The notes below the pieces were generated by a model. The model did no database searches and was not told the origin of the DNA. It saw only the letters and a program-made list of their open reading frames with translations. Both the position numbers and the translations under genes were made by a program. From Candidatus Altimarinota bacterium (GTDB lineage: Bacteria > Patescibacteriota > Gracilibacteria > UBA4473): DNA of 64,000 nucleotides. Below are positions 41,246 to 51,511 of the stretch, piece by piece (within the stretch, counting starts at the first letter, position 1; the number at the start of each line of letters is the position of its first letter). The stretch is taken from positions 1,262,060-1,326,059 of the forward strand of contig OZ246423.1 of assembly GCA_965231215.1 (NCBI GenBank), read 5' to 3'.

Positions 41246-41965
41246 ATGATGAAAGAGCGTACTATAGTAATTTTGCAGGCGTTAGTAGAAGATTTTATTG
41301 AAAGCGCCAGCCCGGTGGCTTCAAAGAAGTTACTAGAGGCTAAAGGATTTAAAATTTCTTCAGCTACCGTAAGAAATGAATTCGCCACACTTGAAGAAGT
41401 GGGGCTTATCCAGTCACCTCATGTATCGGCTGGAAAAGTGCCAACCTCAAAGGGGTATCGATTTTTTGTGGATCAAATGATGGCTGAAAGTGATCAAACT
41501 CATTATAAAACAGTTCAGTCTGTTTTTGATAAGTATGCCCAAGAATACAAATTACAAAAATCTAAAGAAAGTCTACTTGATGCACTACGCATCACCGCTC
41601 AGCTTTCTGAAAATGTAGCTTTTACTAGTGTTAATGATGATCAAACTTTTTACCTAGGGCTTTCTAATGTGCTGAGAAGTCCGGAGTTTGTGTCTGAACC
41701 AGAAAAGGCCGCACAAATTGTAGAAATACTAGAAGGACGGCAAAGGTTTCAAGCTTTTTTGAACCAGCTAGAGGCAAATGACCGAGAAGTAAAAATATTT
41801 ATCGGAGAAGAAAATATCCTCGATGAAATTTCTAGTTGTGCTGTATTGGTGGCGCCTTTTCAAACTCAAAACATGAATGGTTTCTTGGGAATATTGGGGC
41901 CAATGCGAATGAATTATGGGTTTAATAAAGCCCTTATTGAAAATGTTCTAGAGCTAGTAACTTAA
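41246..41965 (+). CDS. hrcA: Heat-inducible transcription repressor HrcA (short form)
   Basis: PVASK, SSATVRNE, PHVSAGKVPT.KGYRFFVD, LGPMRMNY. Confidence 0.93.
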   Translation: MMKERTIVILQALVEDFIESASPVASKKLLEAKGFKISSATVRNEFATLEEVGLIQSPHVSAGKVPTSKGYRFFVDQMMAESDQTHYKTVQSVFDKYAQEYKLQKSKESLLDALRITAQLSENVAFTSVNDDQTFYLGLSNVLRSPEFVSEPEKAAQIVEILEGRQRFQAFLNQLEANDREVKIFIGEENILDEISSCAVLVAPFQTQNMNGFLGILGPMRMNYGFNKALIENVLELVT

Positions 41966-42634
41966 ATCATACAACATTTCTCTATCAACCCCTGTAGTGT
42001 TAAAGAAGGGGCTTGAAAAATTTAGAGTCGAAAATTGAAAGTCATAACCAGGTATATTGATGCTTTCAGAGTTTTTAGATACAGCTTTTTCTGCGGGATT
42101 AATTTCCACAGGATTACACTGAAAGTGTTCAGCTTTTAAATGTTTCTCTCCCCAATTCTGCAAATCTGGAGTTCCGACAATAACCGCCTCTTTTTTTCGC
42201 TTGTTCCATGCCGCAATAAGATACCCTGGATTTTTTTTATCACGAAAATCTGCATGAATCCTCATAAGCTTTTGAGGCCAGTAGGAAAAAATATAACAGG
42301 TATCCTTTGACGGTTTAGCGACACTAAATTTTCTCTCAATAAAAAGCTGAGCGAGGGTTTTGGTCGCTTTGAATGGATATTTTTTTCTCTCATCTTTGAG
42401 GGGAACCGCATAATCATTAGGCGAATGAATATAGGCATACTTAGAACGAGAATCTTGATCCATACTGTCGGTTTCAATCATCAAAGCCATTTTATTAAGC
42501 TGCCCTTGGACTTTAGTATCATGACTGACCAATAAGTATTTATTAATCTGAAACACAAAAACCCCAATAAAAAATATAACCAGCAGAGCCACCATGATGA
42601 CTTTTAGAGGCGAATCTCCAGATTTCTTTTTCAT
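41954..42634 (-). CDS. Membrane-anchored protein resembling a degenerate type IV pilin
   Basis: Short basic leader KKKSG, one TM helix, then SHDTKVQGQL..MA..IE; Cys pair; lacks canonical F1/E5. Confidence 0.5.
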   Translation of the reverse strand: MKKKSGDSPLKVIMVALLVIFFIGVFVFQINKYLLVSHDTKVQGQLNKMALMIETDSMDQDSRSKYAYIHSPNDYAVPLKDERKKYPFKATKTLAQLFIERKFSVAKPSKDTCYIFSYWPQKLMRIHADFRDKKNPGYLIAAWNKRKKEAVIVGTPDLQNWGEKHLKAEHFQCNPVEINPAEKAVSKNSESINIPGYDFQFSTLNFSSPFFNTTGVDREMLYDLSY

Positions 42635-42643
42635 TGGTCCAAA

Positions 42644-43603
42644 TTATACAAAATTATTAAGGCGAGTGCCACGTCGAATTAATTTTCGGTTTATATCTAC
42701 TCCACTGAGTTCACATCCTTCATCAATAACACTTCGAGAGATATAGCAATTTTTGAGTTTTGTATTGGGGTAAATGATTGAATCTACGATAGTACAATTT
42801 TTGATCTCGCACCCACTACCAGCATATACTTTCCCTTCAATTCTGTTTGTATCAGCTTTTATATTGGCATGCTTAAATGAATCTTTTTGTAAGGCTTTGT
42901 GTGCTTCCAAATAGGTATCATAATCCCCTACGTCAAACCAGGAATCAACTTCAATAGCTAAAACTTCAGCTTTTTTTTCAAGTAAGATTTCAAACACAGC
43001 TCCCAAAGCATCTGGTGTTTTTTTGGCCTGGGAAGCTACATAACCAAGTAAATGCTTACCAATTCCAAAAAAAGCGGTAGACACATACTTGGATTCAGGA
43101 TTTTGTGGTTTCTCCTGAAAATGTAAAACGTGGTGATGGGCTCCTATTTTTTCACCAAGCTTTATAACCCCAAATCTTTGAGCCTCATGTAGATTTTCAA
43201 CCTGAAATGTAGTTAATATAGCTTGATTAGATTTTGGGTAAATCGTTTTCAGATCCAAATCTGGAACTAAATTATCCCCGGCTAAAATAATAACACTGTC
43301 AGTAATCTTAAAGTGATCCAAAACCAAAGCTACCGCTGATAAAGCGCCTGGTTTGTTTTGGTCTGAATGAGCATCTTCGCAAAAAATTTCAATATTGAGA
43401 TCTGGGAATTTTTTAATTTCTTTTTCAAAGTCTTTATAAAAAATAGAGTTGGTAGAAATAATAACTCGGTCCTCCGGCGAAACCTTTTTCAATTTATGAG
43501 CTAAAATAGTTTTACCATCCAAAAGTAATAATGGTTTAGCTCTTTTCTCTGTTAAGGGCCAGAGTCTTGTAGCAAATCCACCAGCCAAGATAATAATATT
43601 CAT
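42644..43603 (-). CDS. Sugar-phosphate nucleotidyltransferase with C-terminal left-handed beta-helix
   Basis: IILAGGFATRLWPLT..AKPLL, AGDN, EKP, WFDVG. Confidence 0.9.
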   Translation of the reverse strand: MNIIILAGGFATRLWPLTEKRAKPLLLLDGKTILAHKLKKVSPEDRVIISTNSIFYKDFEKEIKKFPDLNIEIFCEDAHSDQNKPGALSAVALVLDHFKITDSVIILAGDNLVPDLDLKTIYPKSNQAILTTFQVENLHEAQRFGVIKLGEKIGAHHHVLHFQEKPQNPESKYVSTAFFGIGKHLLGYVASQAKKTPDALGAVFEILLEKKAEVLAIEVDSWFDVGDYDTYLEAHKALQKDSFKHANIKADTNRIEGKVYAGSGCEIKNCTIVDSIIYPNTKLKNCYISRSVIDEGCELSGVDINRKLIRRGTRLNNFV

Positions 43604-46600
43604 GAAGTAAGGATGTAGGCGATATTATCTTCCAAGAATTTTGTTTTGCGAACCCTGAATGGCAGATTTACAACCTGGGTTGAGAATTTAACTTGAACCT
43701 TTATTCCATCGTTTGAAGTGTCTTCATTTTCTTTAAGTAAAATCTTTAGTGCCTCTACTTGAGACTTCAAAGTGCTTTGGGGAATATCAATAACAAAAAT
43801 CTCATCTACAGGAGGGACTGAGACCCCATGAGATTTATCATCCTTAGCTTCAAATAAATGTTTATTGCCTTGTACATCCTTTAGGTTTCCAAGTTTAGCT
43901 TCATCAACAATACAGTTGAGTTTACCATTTCTATCTTCTATTTTACCTCTGATTCTTACAAACGCATCAATATTAAAAATATCAGGCAGGATTGAGTCAT
44001 ACATTTTAGGAAAGATTGCGCATTCAATTTTTCCAGAAGTATCTTCTATTTCTAAGAGGGCCATATTTTTTCCAGATTTTGTAATGATCTTTTTTACATT
44101 AGTAACAAGACCATGGAGAGTTCGCCTTTTTCCCGCGTCTTCGGCTTCATTTAAAGCCCCGATAAGACTCCCATATTTTTCAAAATATTGATTAAGGCCT
44201 CTTAGAGGATGATCTGATACAAACAGTCCCAAACTTTCGCGTTCCCATTTCAAGATGTCTTCTTTAGTAGCTTTTGTATTTCGCACAGAAAATTCTATAG
44301 CGCTTTCGTCAGCCCCACCAAAAAGCCCCATCTGTCCACTGTCTTGTTTTTCTTGATAGTCACGGGCAAATTTAGCCAAATCATCAAGAGAATCTACAAT
44401 CCCTTTTCGATCCCCAAAGGCATCAAAAGCCCCAGAAAAAGCTAAAGCTTCGAGTGTTTTTTTATTCATTAGTTTAGCCGGCACCCTTTTGGCAAAGTCT
44501 TGTAGAGACTCAAAAGCACCCGTGGCATTTCGTTCAAAAATAATTTGGTTTACGGTTTCTTCTCCTAGCCCTTTAATGGCGGTAAGGCCAAACCGAATTT
44601 TTTTGGAATGCTGAATTTCTTTATTCTCAACTAAAACTTCTTGCCCAGATTCTACAGGCTTTATGACAGTAAAATGACTCCCGGATTCATTTACACTCGG
44701 AGGTAAAACTTCAATTCCCATGAGCTGACACTCATTCATTTCTAATACAATACGATCTGTATTGTTCCTATCGGTAGTCATCATAGCCGCCATAAACTCA
44801 ACTGGATAATTGGCTCTTAGATAGGCTGTTTCATACGCAATCCTGGCATAACACACTGCATGAGAACGATTAAATCCATATCCAGAAAATGGGACTACAA
44901 TTTCATCAAAGATTTTAATAGCGAGTTTTTTATCATACTTTTTTTCGGTAGCCCCTTTGATAAATTTTTCCCGTTGTTCAGCCAAAATCGAAGCAATTTT
45001 TTTACCGATAGCTTTCCTCAGAATATCGGCTTCTCCCAAAGAAAATCCGGCAAATTCTTGAGCAATTCTTAGGACTTGTTCTTGGTATACGGCAATTCCA
45101 TAAGTTTTATTTAAAATAGGTTTAAGATCCTCATGCAGGTATTCCACAGTTTCAGGTTTATGTTTTCCCTGAATATATTGAGGAATATATTCCATCGGTC
45201 CGGGCCTATAGAGGGCATTCATAGCCACTAGGTCTTCTAGTTCAGTTGGACGAAGGTCTCTTAAATACCGTCTCATTCCAGCTGACTCAAACTGAAAAAC
45301 TCCAGTAGTTTCTCCCTCTGAAAGCATGGCAAAGGTTTTGGTGTCTTTAAGCTCAATGGTATTGAGGTCGAGTTCAATACCTTCCGTATTATAAATATTC
45401 TGAATCGTTTTTTCTAGAACCGTGAGGTTCTTGAGCCCTAAAAAATCCATTTTCAAAAGCCCCAAGTGTTCTAACTGTTGATATGGAAATTGAGTAATTT
45501 TTATAGCCTCAGTTCCTGGCGCCCACTGCAGAGGGGTATAGTTAGTTAGATCTGATTTTCCAATAATAACCGCACAAGCATGTACCGATACATGTCTCAC
45601 ACATCCTTCTAGTTGTTGCCCAACCTCAAAAATCTTTTTGAGTTGCGGGTTTTTATCTACAAAGTCTGTAAATTCTTTTACCTTTTTGGCATCATCCAAA
45701 GTAAACCCTGGTTTATTGGGTAAAAGTTTAGTCATAGCATTCATAAGTCCAAACTCAATTCCATGAGCTCTCCCGACATCTTTGAGAGCGGCTTTAGCCG
45801 CTAAGGTTCCAAAGGTGCATACTTTTGAGACCTTTTCAGTGCCATATTTTTCAATCACATACTGCAAAACTTCATCTCGCCTTTCATCCGAAAAATCAAT
45901 ATCAATATCGGGCATAGAGATTCGTTCCGGATTCAAGAATCTTTCAAAAAGCAATTCATACTCCAGCGGATCAATATTAGTAATTCCCAGTAAATAAGAA
46001 ATGATTGACCCAGCCGCACTCCCTCGCCCTGGGCCTACAGAAATCCCATTCTCCTTCGCAAAGTTAATAAAATCAGCCACAATAAGAAAATAAGATTCAA
46101 ATCCCATTTTTCCTACCACGTTTAATTCATAAGCGAGTCGCTCTTTGGCTTCGGTTTTTTGGTCATCGGTTTTATATTTCTTTTTAATCGCTTCTAGACA
46201 TAAGCCCTTTAGCTTATCAGCTGTTGAACTGCCATCATCCGTTTCAAAGTTAGGCAACAAACTTTGATCAAAAACCATTTCAAAATCAATCCCTTCACAA
46301 ATTTTAAGGGTATTAAGGCGGGCTTGTTCTAAGAGGGTTGAGTCTAAGTAATCTAATTCCTTGGTTATTTCGTCCCAAGATTTGAACCAATTTTTTTCTA
46401 AAAATTTAAACCTATTAGGATCGCTAACCAGTTGGTTTTTCCCAATACAGTAGAGAGTATCCGCGGCTTCTTCTCCTTTTGGATCAGCGTATCTAGCATC
46501 ACTGGTAACCACAAACTCACTGTTAAGGTTCAAGTCTCCTACCCATTTATTAAAGTTTATTTGTTCCTCAAAATGTCTGGCCACAATTTCTAAAAACACA

Positions 46601-47118
46601 TTTTCATGGCCATAAATCGATTGGATTTCAGCCAGAAAACCTAACGCTTTTTCTTCACCAAAATCACGCCAAAGCCGGCCAAATACTCCTCCAGAAGTTC
46701 CCGTCAGGCAGACCAGACCTTTTGAATATTTTTTTAAAAGCTCTATATCAGCCCGTGGTTTATAATAAAACCCTTCTAGTTGACTCAAAGAGAGAATCTT
46801 TACCAGGTTTTCATAGCCTTGAGTATTCTGAGCCAATAGCACAATGTGCCCTTCTTTTCCATCTATTCCAGCCCTTCGCTCAAACCGTGAATCAAGCGTC
46901 AAAAAAACTTCTGCACCCGCAATAGGTTTAACCCCTTCAAACTTTGCAGAAGCTTCAAAAAAATCTAAAATTCCATACCCCACTCCGCTATCGGTAATGG
47001 CTACACCAGGAGCTTCATGGCTTTGCGCTAACTCCAAAATATTCTTTGGAGACAACGTTCCCGAAAGAATCGAATAAAAGGAGTGCGTATGCAGGTTAAC
47101 AAATAAATTTTTTGGCAT
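43600..47118 (-). CDS. dnaE: DNA polymerase III subunit alpha
   Basis: LHTHSFYS, GPGRGSAAGS, FERFLNPERISMPDIDIDF, KMDFLGL, YGFNRSH; ATG at 47118 preferred. Confidence 0.98.
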   Translation of the reverse strand: MPKNLFVNLHTHSFYSILSGTLSPKNILELAQSHEAPGVAITDSGVGYGILDFFEASAKFEGVKPIAGAEVFLTLDSRFERRAGIDGKEGHIVLLAQNTQGYENLVKILSLSQLEGFYYKPRADIELLKKYSKGLVCLTGTSGGVFGRLWRDFGEEKALGFLAEIQSIYGHENVFLEIVARHFEEQINFNKWVGDLNLNSEFVVTSDARYADPKGEEAADTLYCIGKNQLVSDPNRFKFLEKNWFKSWDEITKELDYLDSTLLEQARLNTLKICEGIDFEMVFDQSLLPNFETDDGSSTADKLKGLCLEAIKKKYKTDDQKTEAKERLAYELNVVGKMGFESYFLIVADFINFAKENGISVGPGRGSAAGSIISYLLGITNIDPLEYELLFERFLNPERISMPDIDIDFSDERRDEVLQYVIEKYGTEKVSKVCTFGTLAAKAALKDVGRAHGIEFGLMNAMTKLLPNKPGFTLDDAKKVKEFTDFVDKNPQLKKIFEVGQQLEGCVRHVSVHACAVIIGKSDLTNYTPLQWAPGTEAIKITQFPYQQLEHLGLLKMDFLGLKNLTVLEKTIQNIYNTEGIELDLNTIELKDTKTFAMLSEGETTGVFQFESAGMRRYLRDLRPTELEDLVAMNALYRPGPMEYIPQYIQGKHKPETVEYLHEDLKPILNKTYGIAVYQEQVLRIAQEFAGFSLGEADILRKAIGKKIASILAEQREKFIKGATEKKYDKKLAIKIFDEIVVPFSGYGFNRSHAVCYARIAYETAYLRANYPVEFMAAMMTTDRNNTDRIVLEMNECQLMGIEVLPPSVNESGSHFTVIKPVESGQEVLVENKEIQHSKKIRFGLTAIKGLGEETVNQIIFERNATGAFESLQDFAKRVPAKLMNKKTLEALAFSGAFDAFGDRKGIVDSLDDLAKFARDYQEKQDSGQMGLFGGADESAIEFSVRNTKATKEDILKWERESLGLFVSDHPLRGLNQYFEKYGSLIGALNEAEDAGKRRTLHGLVTNVKKIITKSGKNMALLEIEDTSGKIECAIFPKMYDSILPDIFNIDAFVRIRGKIEDRNGKLNCIVDEAKLGNLKDVQGNKHLFEAKDDKSHGVSVPPVDEIFVIDIPQSTLKSQVEALKILLKENEDTSNDGIKVQVKFSTQVVNLPFRVRKTKFLEDNIAYILTS

Positions 47119-47203
47119 AAAAATAACCAGTCTACAGGTAAGACAATGGTACCCAAAAAGAGAGGCCATCTCAAAAGAATCAACTACCTTTTTTGTGGAA
47201 AAA

Positions 47204-48283
47204 TTACTTTACCACTTGGTACCCGCTAGTTTCTAAAATATAGTCTAACTGTTCTACTGAATTGGCGTTTTGGGCCGCTACTTTGTAATCAACTCTGTCA
47301 TTAATAACTAGTTCGGCCAAAGATTGGTCAAATAGAACCATTCTTCCAGTTCCATCAGTCTGCATAGCATTTGGAATCTGGAAAATACTGTTTTGTCTAA
47401 TATGGTTAGCAATAGCGTAATTTGAAGTAAGTATTTCATAGGCTAGAGCTCGTCCGCCCTCCCTAGCGGGAATGAGTCTTTGGCTCACTACCATAGCTAG
47501 AGTCGCGGCTAATTGTGAACGAATTTGTCCTTGTTTCTCAGCTGGAAAAGCATCAATAATTCGATGAATAGTTTCAGCCGCACTATTGGTGTGAAGTGTA
47601 GAAAATACGACATGCCCAGTTTCGGCCGCAGTAAGAGCGGCTGAAATAGTTTCCAGGTCTCGCATTTCTCCTACCATCATTACATCTGGATCTTCTCTTA
47701 GGGCGGCTTTGAGGCCTCTTTCAAACCCCTGAACATCTCTTCCTAAAGAGCGCTGATGGACAATACTTCTATCAGAATCAATCAAAAACTCAATCGGATC
47801 CTCCATGAGCACAAAATGCTCATTTGCGTTATCAGCCCGATGCTTAATCATAGAAGCCAGTGTTGTAGATTTACCATGTCCCGTTGGACCGACCACCAAA
47901 ACAAGGCCTTTATTGAGACTCATCATATATTGAAGAACAAATCGAGGTAAACCTGTAAAAGCAAAATCAGGAATTTTTTCAGGAATTTGACGGAAAGCCA
48001 TAGCTAAACCGTCTCGTGTATGATAGGCGTTCCCTCTAAATCTATTTTTACGAATGGTCGTATACACAAAGTCAATATCTCTAAATTCCTCAAGCTTTGC
48101 GTTTTGCTGGGTAGCTAACATCTCTGCACAAAAATTTTGAATATCAACAGCTTGAATAATTTCTCCTACGGTCAAAATTTTACCACTAATCCTTAGATAG
48201 GCTGGTTTATTAGGGCTCAGGTGAATATCTGAAGCGCCCTTTTCAATGGCATAATCTAAGATTTGGTCAAAATTTTTCACCAT
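47204..48283 (-). CDS. pilT: Type IV pilus retraction ATPase (PilT/PilU family), copy 2
   Basis: ASDIHL, GPTGHGKSTT, EDPIE, LREDPD, GEMRD, AETGH..TLHT, AIANHIRQ. Confidence 0.9.
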   Translation of the reverse strand: MVKNFDQILDYAIEKGASDIHLSPNKPAYLRISGKILTVGEIIQAVDIQNFCAEMLATQQNAKLEEFRDIDFVYTTIRKNRFRGNAYHTRDGLAMAFRQIPEKIPDFAFTGLPRFVLQYMMSLNKGLVLVVGPTGHGKSTTLASMIKHRADNANEHFVLMEDPIEFLIDSDRSIVHQRSLGRDVQGFERGLKAALREDPDVMMVGEMRDLETISAALTAAETGHVVFSTLHTNSAAETIHRIIDAFPAEKQGQIRSQLAATLAMVVSQRLIPAREGGRALAYEILTSNYAIANHIRQNSIFQIPNAMQTDGTGRMVLFDQSLAELVINDRVDYKVAAQNANSVEQLDYILETSGYQVVK

Positions 48284-48286
48284 TTA

Positions 48287-49357
48287 TTAGCTTATATTAT
48301 TGAGTTCAAATAAAGCTCTAAGTTGATTTTTGTCATTAGCGTATTCAAACGCTACCTCCTTACTAATCTGTTTTGACATCACCAACCCGACCAAAGATTG
48401 TTCGAACTGGATCATTCTTCCAGAACTGTCTGTTTGCATCACATTTGGAATTTGGAAAATTTTGTCCTGACGAATGTAATTAGCAATAGCGTAATTCATT
48501 GTCAGAATCTCAAAGGCCAAAACTCGACCATTACCATCAGCTCGTGGAATAAGGCGTTGTGAAATAATCATAGAAAGGTTACTTGCTAGCTGACTTCGTA
48601 CCTGTGGTCGTTGTTCAGCGCTAAAACTATCAAGGAAACGGTTAATCGTTTGTACGGCACTATTGGTATGAAGCGTTCCAAACACTAAATGACCAGTTTC
48701 AGCTAGAGTCAGGGTTGCAGCCATAGTTTCTTTGTCTCTGATCTCCCCAATCATTAACAAATCTGGGTCTTCTCTAAGCGACCCCATAATGCCTTCACTA
48801 AAGTCTACCACATCACGTCCAATTTCACGCTGTTGTACAATACTTTTCCCATTGCTCGGAATCAAATACTCTACCGGATCTTCAATCGTAAGAATATGTT
48901 CGTTAACTTGTGCTGAACGACTTTTAAGCAGAGCCGCAAGGGTGGTAGATTTTCCCTGTCCAGTAGGGCCTACTACCAATACTAATCCTTCACGAGATCG
49001 CATAAGCTCTTCCCCTACAAAAGCCGGAAAACCAAGCTGAGCAAACTCAGGAGCCTGGCTCATGATTACTCGGAAACAAAGAGAGAGCCCCGTATTGGTA
49101 TAAAAGGCATTGCCTCTAAGTCGATTTCCTTTGGGGGAAGAGTATAAAAAATCTACCTGTCTAGACTCTTGAAGTGTTTTTTTCTGCAAATCAGAGAGCA
49201 TGCCCTCAACCAGCTTAGTAATAAAAGCCGCATCTACAGGATTTCCCACAGGTTGCATGGTGCCATCAGATCTCATGAAAATCGGAGATCCCGCAGCAAT
49301 ATGGATATCTGAGACACGGTTTTTTAAGGCGTAATCGATAATTTGGTTAAAATCCAT
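48287..49357 (-). CDS. pilT: Type IV pilus retraction ATPase (PilT/PilU family), copy 1
   Basis: SDIHI, GPTGQGKSTT, EDPVE, LREDPD, GEIRD, AETGH..TLHT, AIANYIRQ. Confidence 0.9.
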   Translation of the reverse strand: MDFNQIIDYALKNRVSDIHIAAGSPIFMRSDGTMQPVGNPVDAAFITKLVEGMLSDLQKKTLQESRQVDFLYSSPKGNRLRGNAFYTNTGLSLCFRVIMSQAPEFAQLGFPAFVGEELMRSREGLVLVVGPTGQGKSTTLAALLKSRSAQVNEHILTIEDPVEYLIPSNGKSIVQQREIGRDVVDFSEGIMGSLREDPDLLMIGEIRDKETMAATLTLAETGHLVFGTLHTNSAVQTINRFLDSFSAEQRPQVRSQLASNLSMIISQRLIPRADGNGRVLAFEILTMNYAIANYIRQDKIFQIPNVMQTDSSGRMIQFEQSLVGLVMSKQISKEVAFEYANDKNQLRALFELNNIS

Positions 49358-49417
49358 AGATTTTTGAGCATATTAATCTAGGGATTATATCACAGTTGGA
49401 GCCTTTTTTCAATAGGT

Positions 49418-50461
49418 CTAAGCGCTTTTTTTATAGATATTACTTCGGTATGGACTTTTGCTTAAAGAAAGGGTGTTTTCTTTTTTGAATTTTTTCCATT
49501 CCTCACGCTGCTCTTCCTCTGGAAGAAGAGCGATACGAGCACATTTACTACTACAACAATTCCCATACTTTTTTTTACAATTTTCACACTGGATAAACAG
49601 TAAATTACAGGCCTTGTTAGCACAATTTGTATGCGCATCACAGGGAGCTCCACACAAATGACACTGAGCAATTACATCATCGGTAATGCGCTCTCCGATT
49701 CGTTCATCAAAGACAAAATTTTTTCCAATAAACTTATTCTCAAGGTTCTTAGACTCTACCTCATGTTTGTATTGAATAATGCCACCGTGAAGCTGATAGA
49801 CTTTTTTAAATCCATGATGTCGGAGGTAGCTACTCGCCTTTTCACACCGAATTCCACCGGTACAGTAAAGCAGTACTGGTGAATCTTCCTTTCCTTCTAA
49901 CATATCTTTAGTCATAGGCAGCTCTTCCCTGAAAGTAGCCGCATCTGGAAGCACCGCTCCATCAAAATGGCCAACTTCAGACTCATAAAAATTACGCATA
50001 TCCACACATACTGAGTCTTCTGATTCAAGCATTTTATTAAAATTCTCAGCATTTAGATGTTCGCCAACATCTCCAGCATCAAAGGTAGCATCATCAATCC
50101 CATCGGCTACGATTTTATGTTTAACTTTGATCACCAATTTCCAAAAAGATTCTTTAGGTGATTCTACAGCGTGCTTAAAAGGTACATCCTTGAATGCTGG
50201 TTGAGCATAAAGATCTGCTACAAAAGCCTCCCAACTATGTGCTGGTACATTCATCTGGGCATTAATCCCCTCTTTAGCCAAATAGATTCGCCCTAGACAT
50301 CCAAATTCATTCCACTTCAAAAAAAGAGCATCTCGCAACGCTTCTGGATCTTCAATTTTCGTGTATCGATAAAAAGAAATAGTCTTTCGCTCAAAATCTT
50401 CTTGAGCCAGTTTTTCTAAAGCCTGCTCTTTGTTAAGCCGATTATGTAAAAACTTCGTCAT
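49418..50461 (-). CDS. trhO: tRNA uridine(34) hydroxylase, rhodanese-domain (TrhO/YceA)
   Basis: SFYRY, GRIY.A.EGINAQ, DMRN.YESEVGHF, YCTGGIRCEKAS, GKNFVFDER; ATG at 50461 preferred. Confidence 0.92.
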   Translation of the reverse strand: MTKFLHNRLNKEQALEKLAQEDFERKTISFYRYTKIEDPEALRDALFLKWNEFGCLGRIYLAKEGINAQMNVPAHSWEAFVADLYAQPAFKDVPFKHAVESPKESFWKLVIKVKHKIVADGIDDATFDAGDVGEHLNAENFNKMLESEDSVCVDMRNFYESEVGHFDGAVLPDAATFREELPMTKDMLEGKEDSPVLLYCTGGIRCEKASSYLRHHGFKKVYQLHGGIIQYKHEVESKNLENKFIGKNFVFDERIGERITDDVIAQCHLCGAPCDAHTNCANKACNLLFIQCENCKKKYGNCCSSKCARIALLPEEEQREEWKKFKKENTLSLSKSPYRSNIYKKSA

Positions 50462-50495
50462 AGCGCACGTGATCCTACAAAAAAACAAAAAGAAT

Positions 50496-51395
50496 TCAAG
50501 ATACACTGAAAATTCCAGCTTCTTTCATCTGTCTAAGCATCTGCATTCGAGTAGTGTGATTAGCGGTACCACTTATTTTAAAGTGTCCAAGTACTCTTCC
50601 TGGGAAAAAAGATTTCAACTCTCCTAAAAAATCAGCTATAGCCGTATGGGCACAGTGTTCATTTCGTCCATCTTGATATTGTGAATGCATTTTAGAAACA
50701 ATATCATCAACTGATTCACCTCTTCTGGCCAAAATATAAGTATCGTCAGTTATCCCTTTATTCAAAGTGCTTAATGCTCTAAATACAAAAGCATTTACAC
50801 ATGTCTGAAGTCTTGCTACTGGACGAGCAGAGACATGACTCTCTATCTCTTTATAAACGTCTTCTATTACTAATGGTTGAGGGTCTAAATCAACAAGATC
50901 TCGATGATAGGTTTGCACAATCATACTCAACTTATCACTAGGAGAAACATCTATTCTCCCTCCCCCATACTGAAAGCTCTCTGAACTTTTTACAGCATAG
51001 GTCTCAATAGAGTTTTCTAGTTTAATTTTATGCTCTAGAAGCTTGCCATATAACGGTGTTATCCCCGGCCCTACAACAGGAAAAAAATTCCAAGTAATGC
51101 CCTCAGGAAAGGCAATATCGACATCAGTAATACTACTAGCACCTAGAGCTGACAGTGTATGCTCCAATACTTTAACTACTGTTCCTTCAATATCGCACTC
51201 CAAATATCTAGCTAAACCATTATGAGCTCTCAAAGAGTTATCATTAACAGCTGTATATCCCCCCGTTTTTGGAGATATAATTCGTAGTCCTTTTCCATCA
51301 TTAGGAGAAAATATAACAGGTGTTTGGGCCTTTCCTAGTCCAAGATAAGATGGTAATTTTACCTCAAGGGATTTATTTAAAGTGGCGCGCCTCAT
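50496..51395 (-). CDS. Divergent LpxC-like zinc deacetylase
   Basis: RATL.K, VLEHTLSAL...ITDV.I, FPVVGP, VAR, NEHCAHTAIADFLGEL, G.F..SG.ANH follow the order of LpxC motifs. Confidence 0.65.
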   Translation of the reverse strand: MRRATLNKSLEVKLPSYLGLGKAQTPVIFSPNDGKGLRIISPKTGGYTAVNDNSLRAHNGLARYLECDIEGTVVKVLEHTLSALGASSITDVDIAFPEGITWNFFPVVGPGITPLYGKLLEHKIKLENSIETYAVKSSESFQYGGGRIDVSPSDKLSMIVQTYHRDLVDLDPQPLVIEDVYKEIESHVSARPVARLQTCVNAFVFRALSTLNKGITDDTYILARRGESVDDIVSKMHSQYQDGRNEHCAHTAIADFLGELKSFFPGRVLGHFKISGTANHTTRMQMLRQMKEAGIFSVS

Positions 51396-51511
51396 TAATT
51401 ATTTTTTAAAACTTTATTTGAAAAAGTCAATATTTTCACTTCTCAATGCTACCAAAACTATTTTGAAATTCCAAATTTTTAGTATAGTGCGGCTCGACTG
51501 AAAAAAACTCT

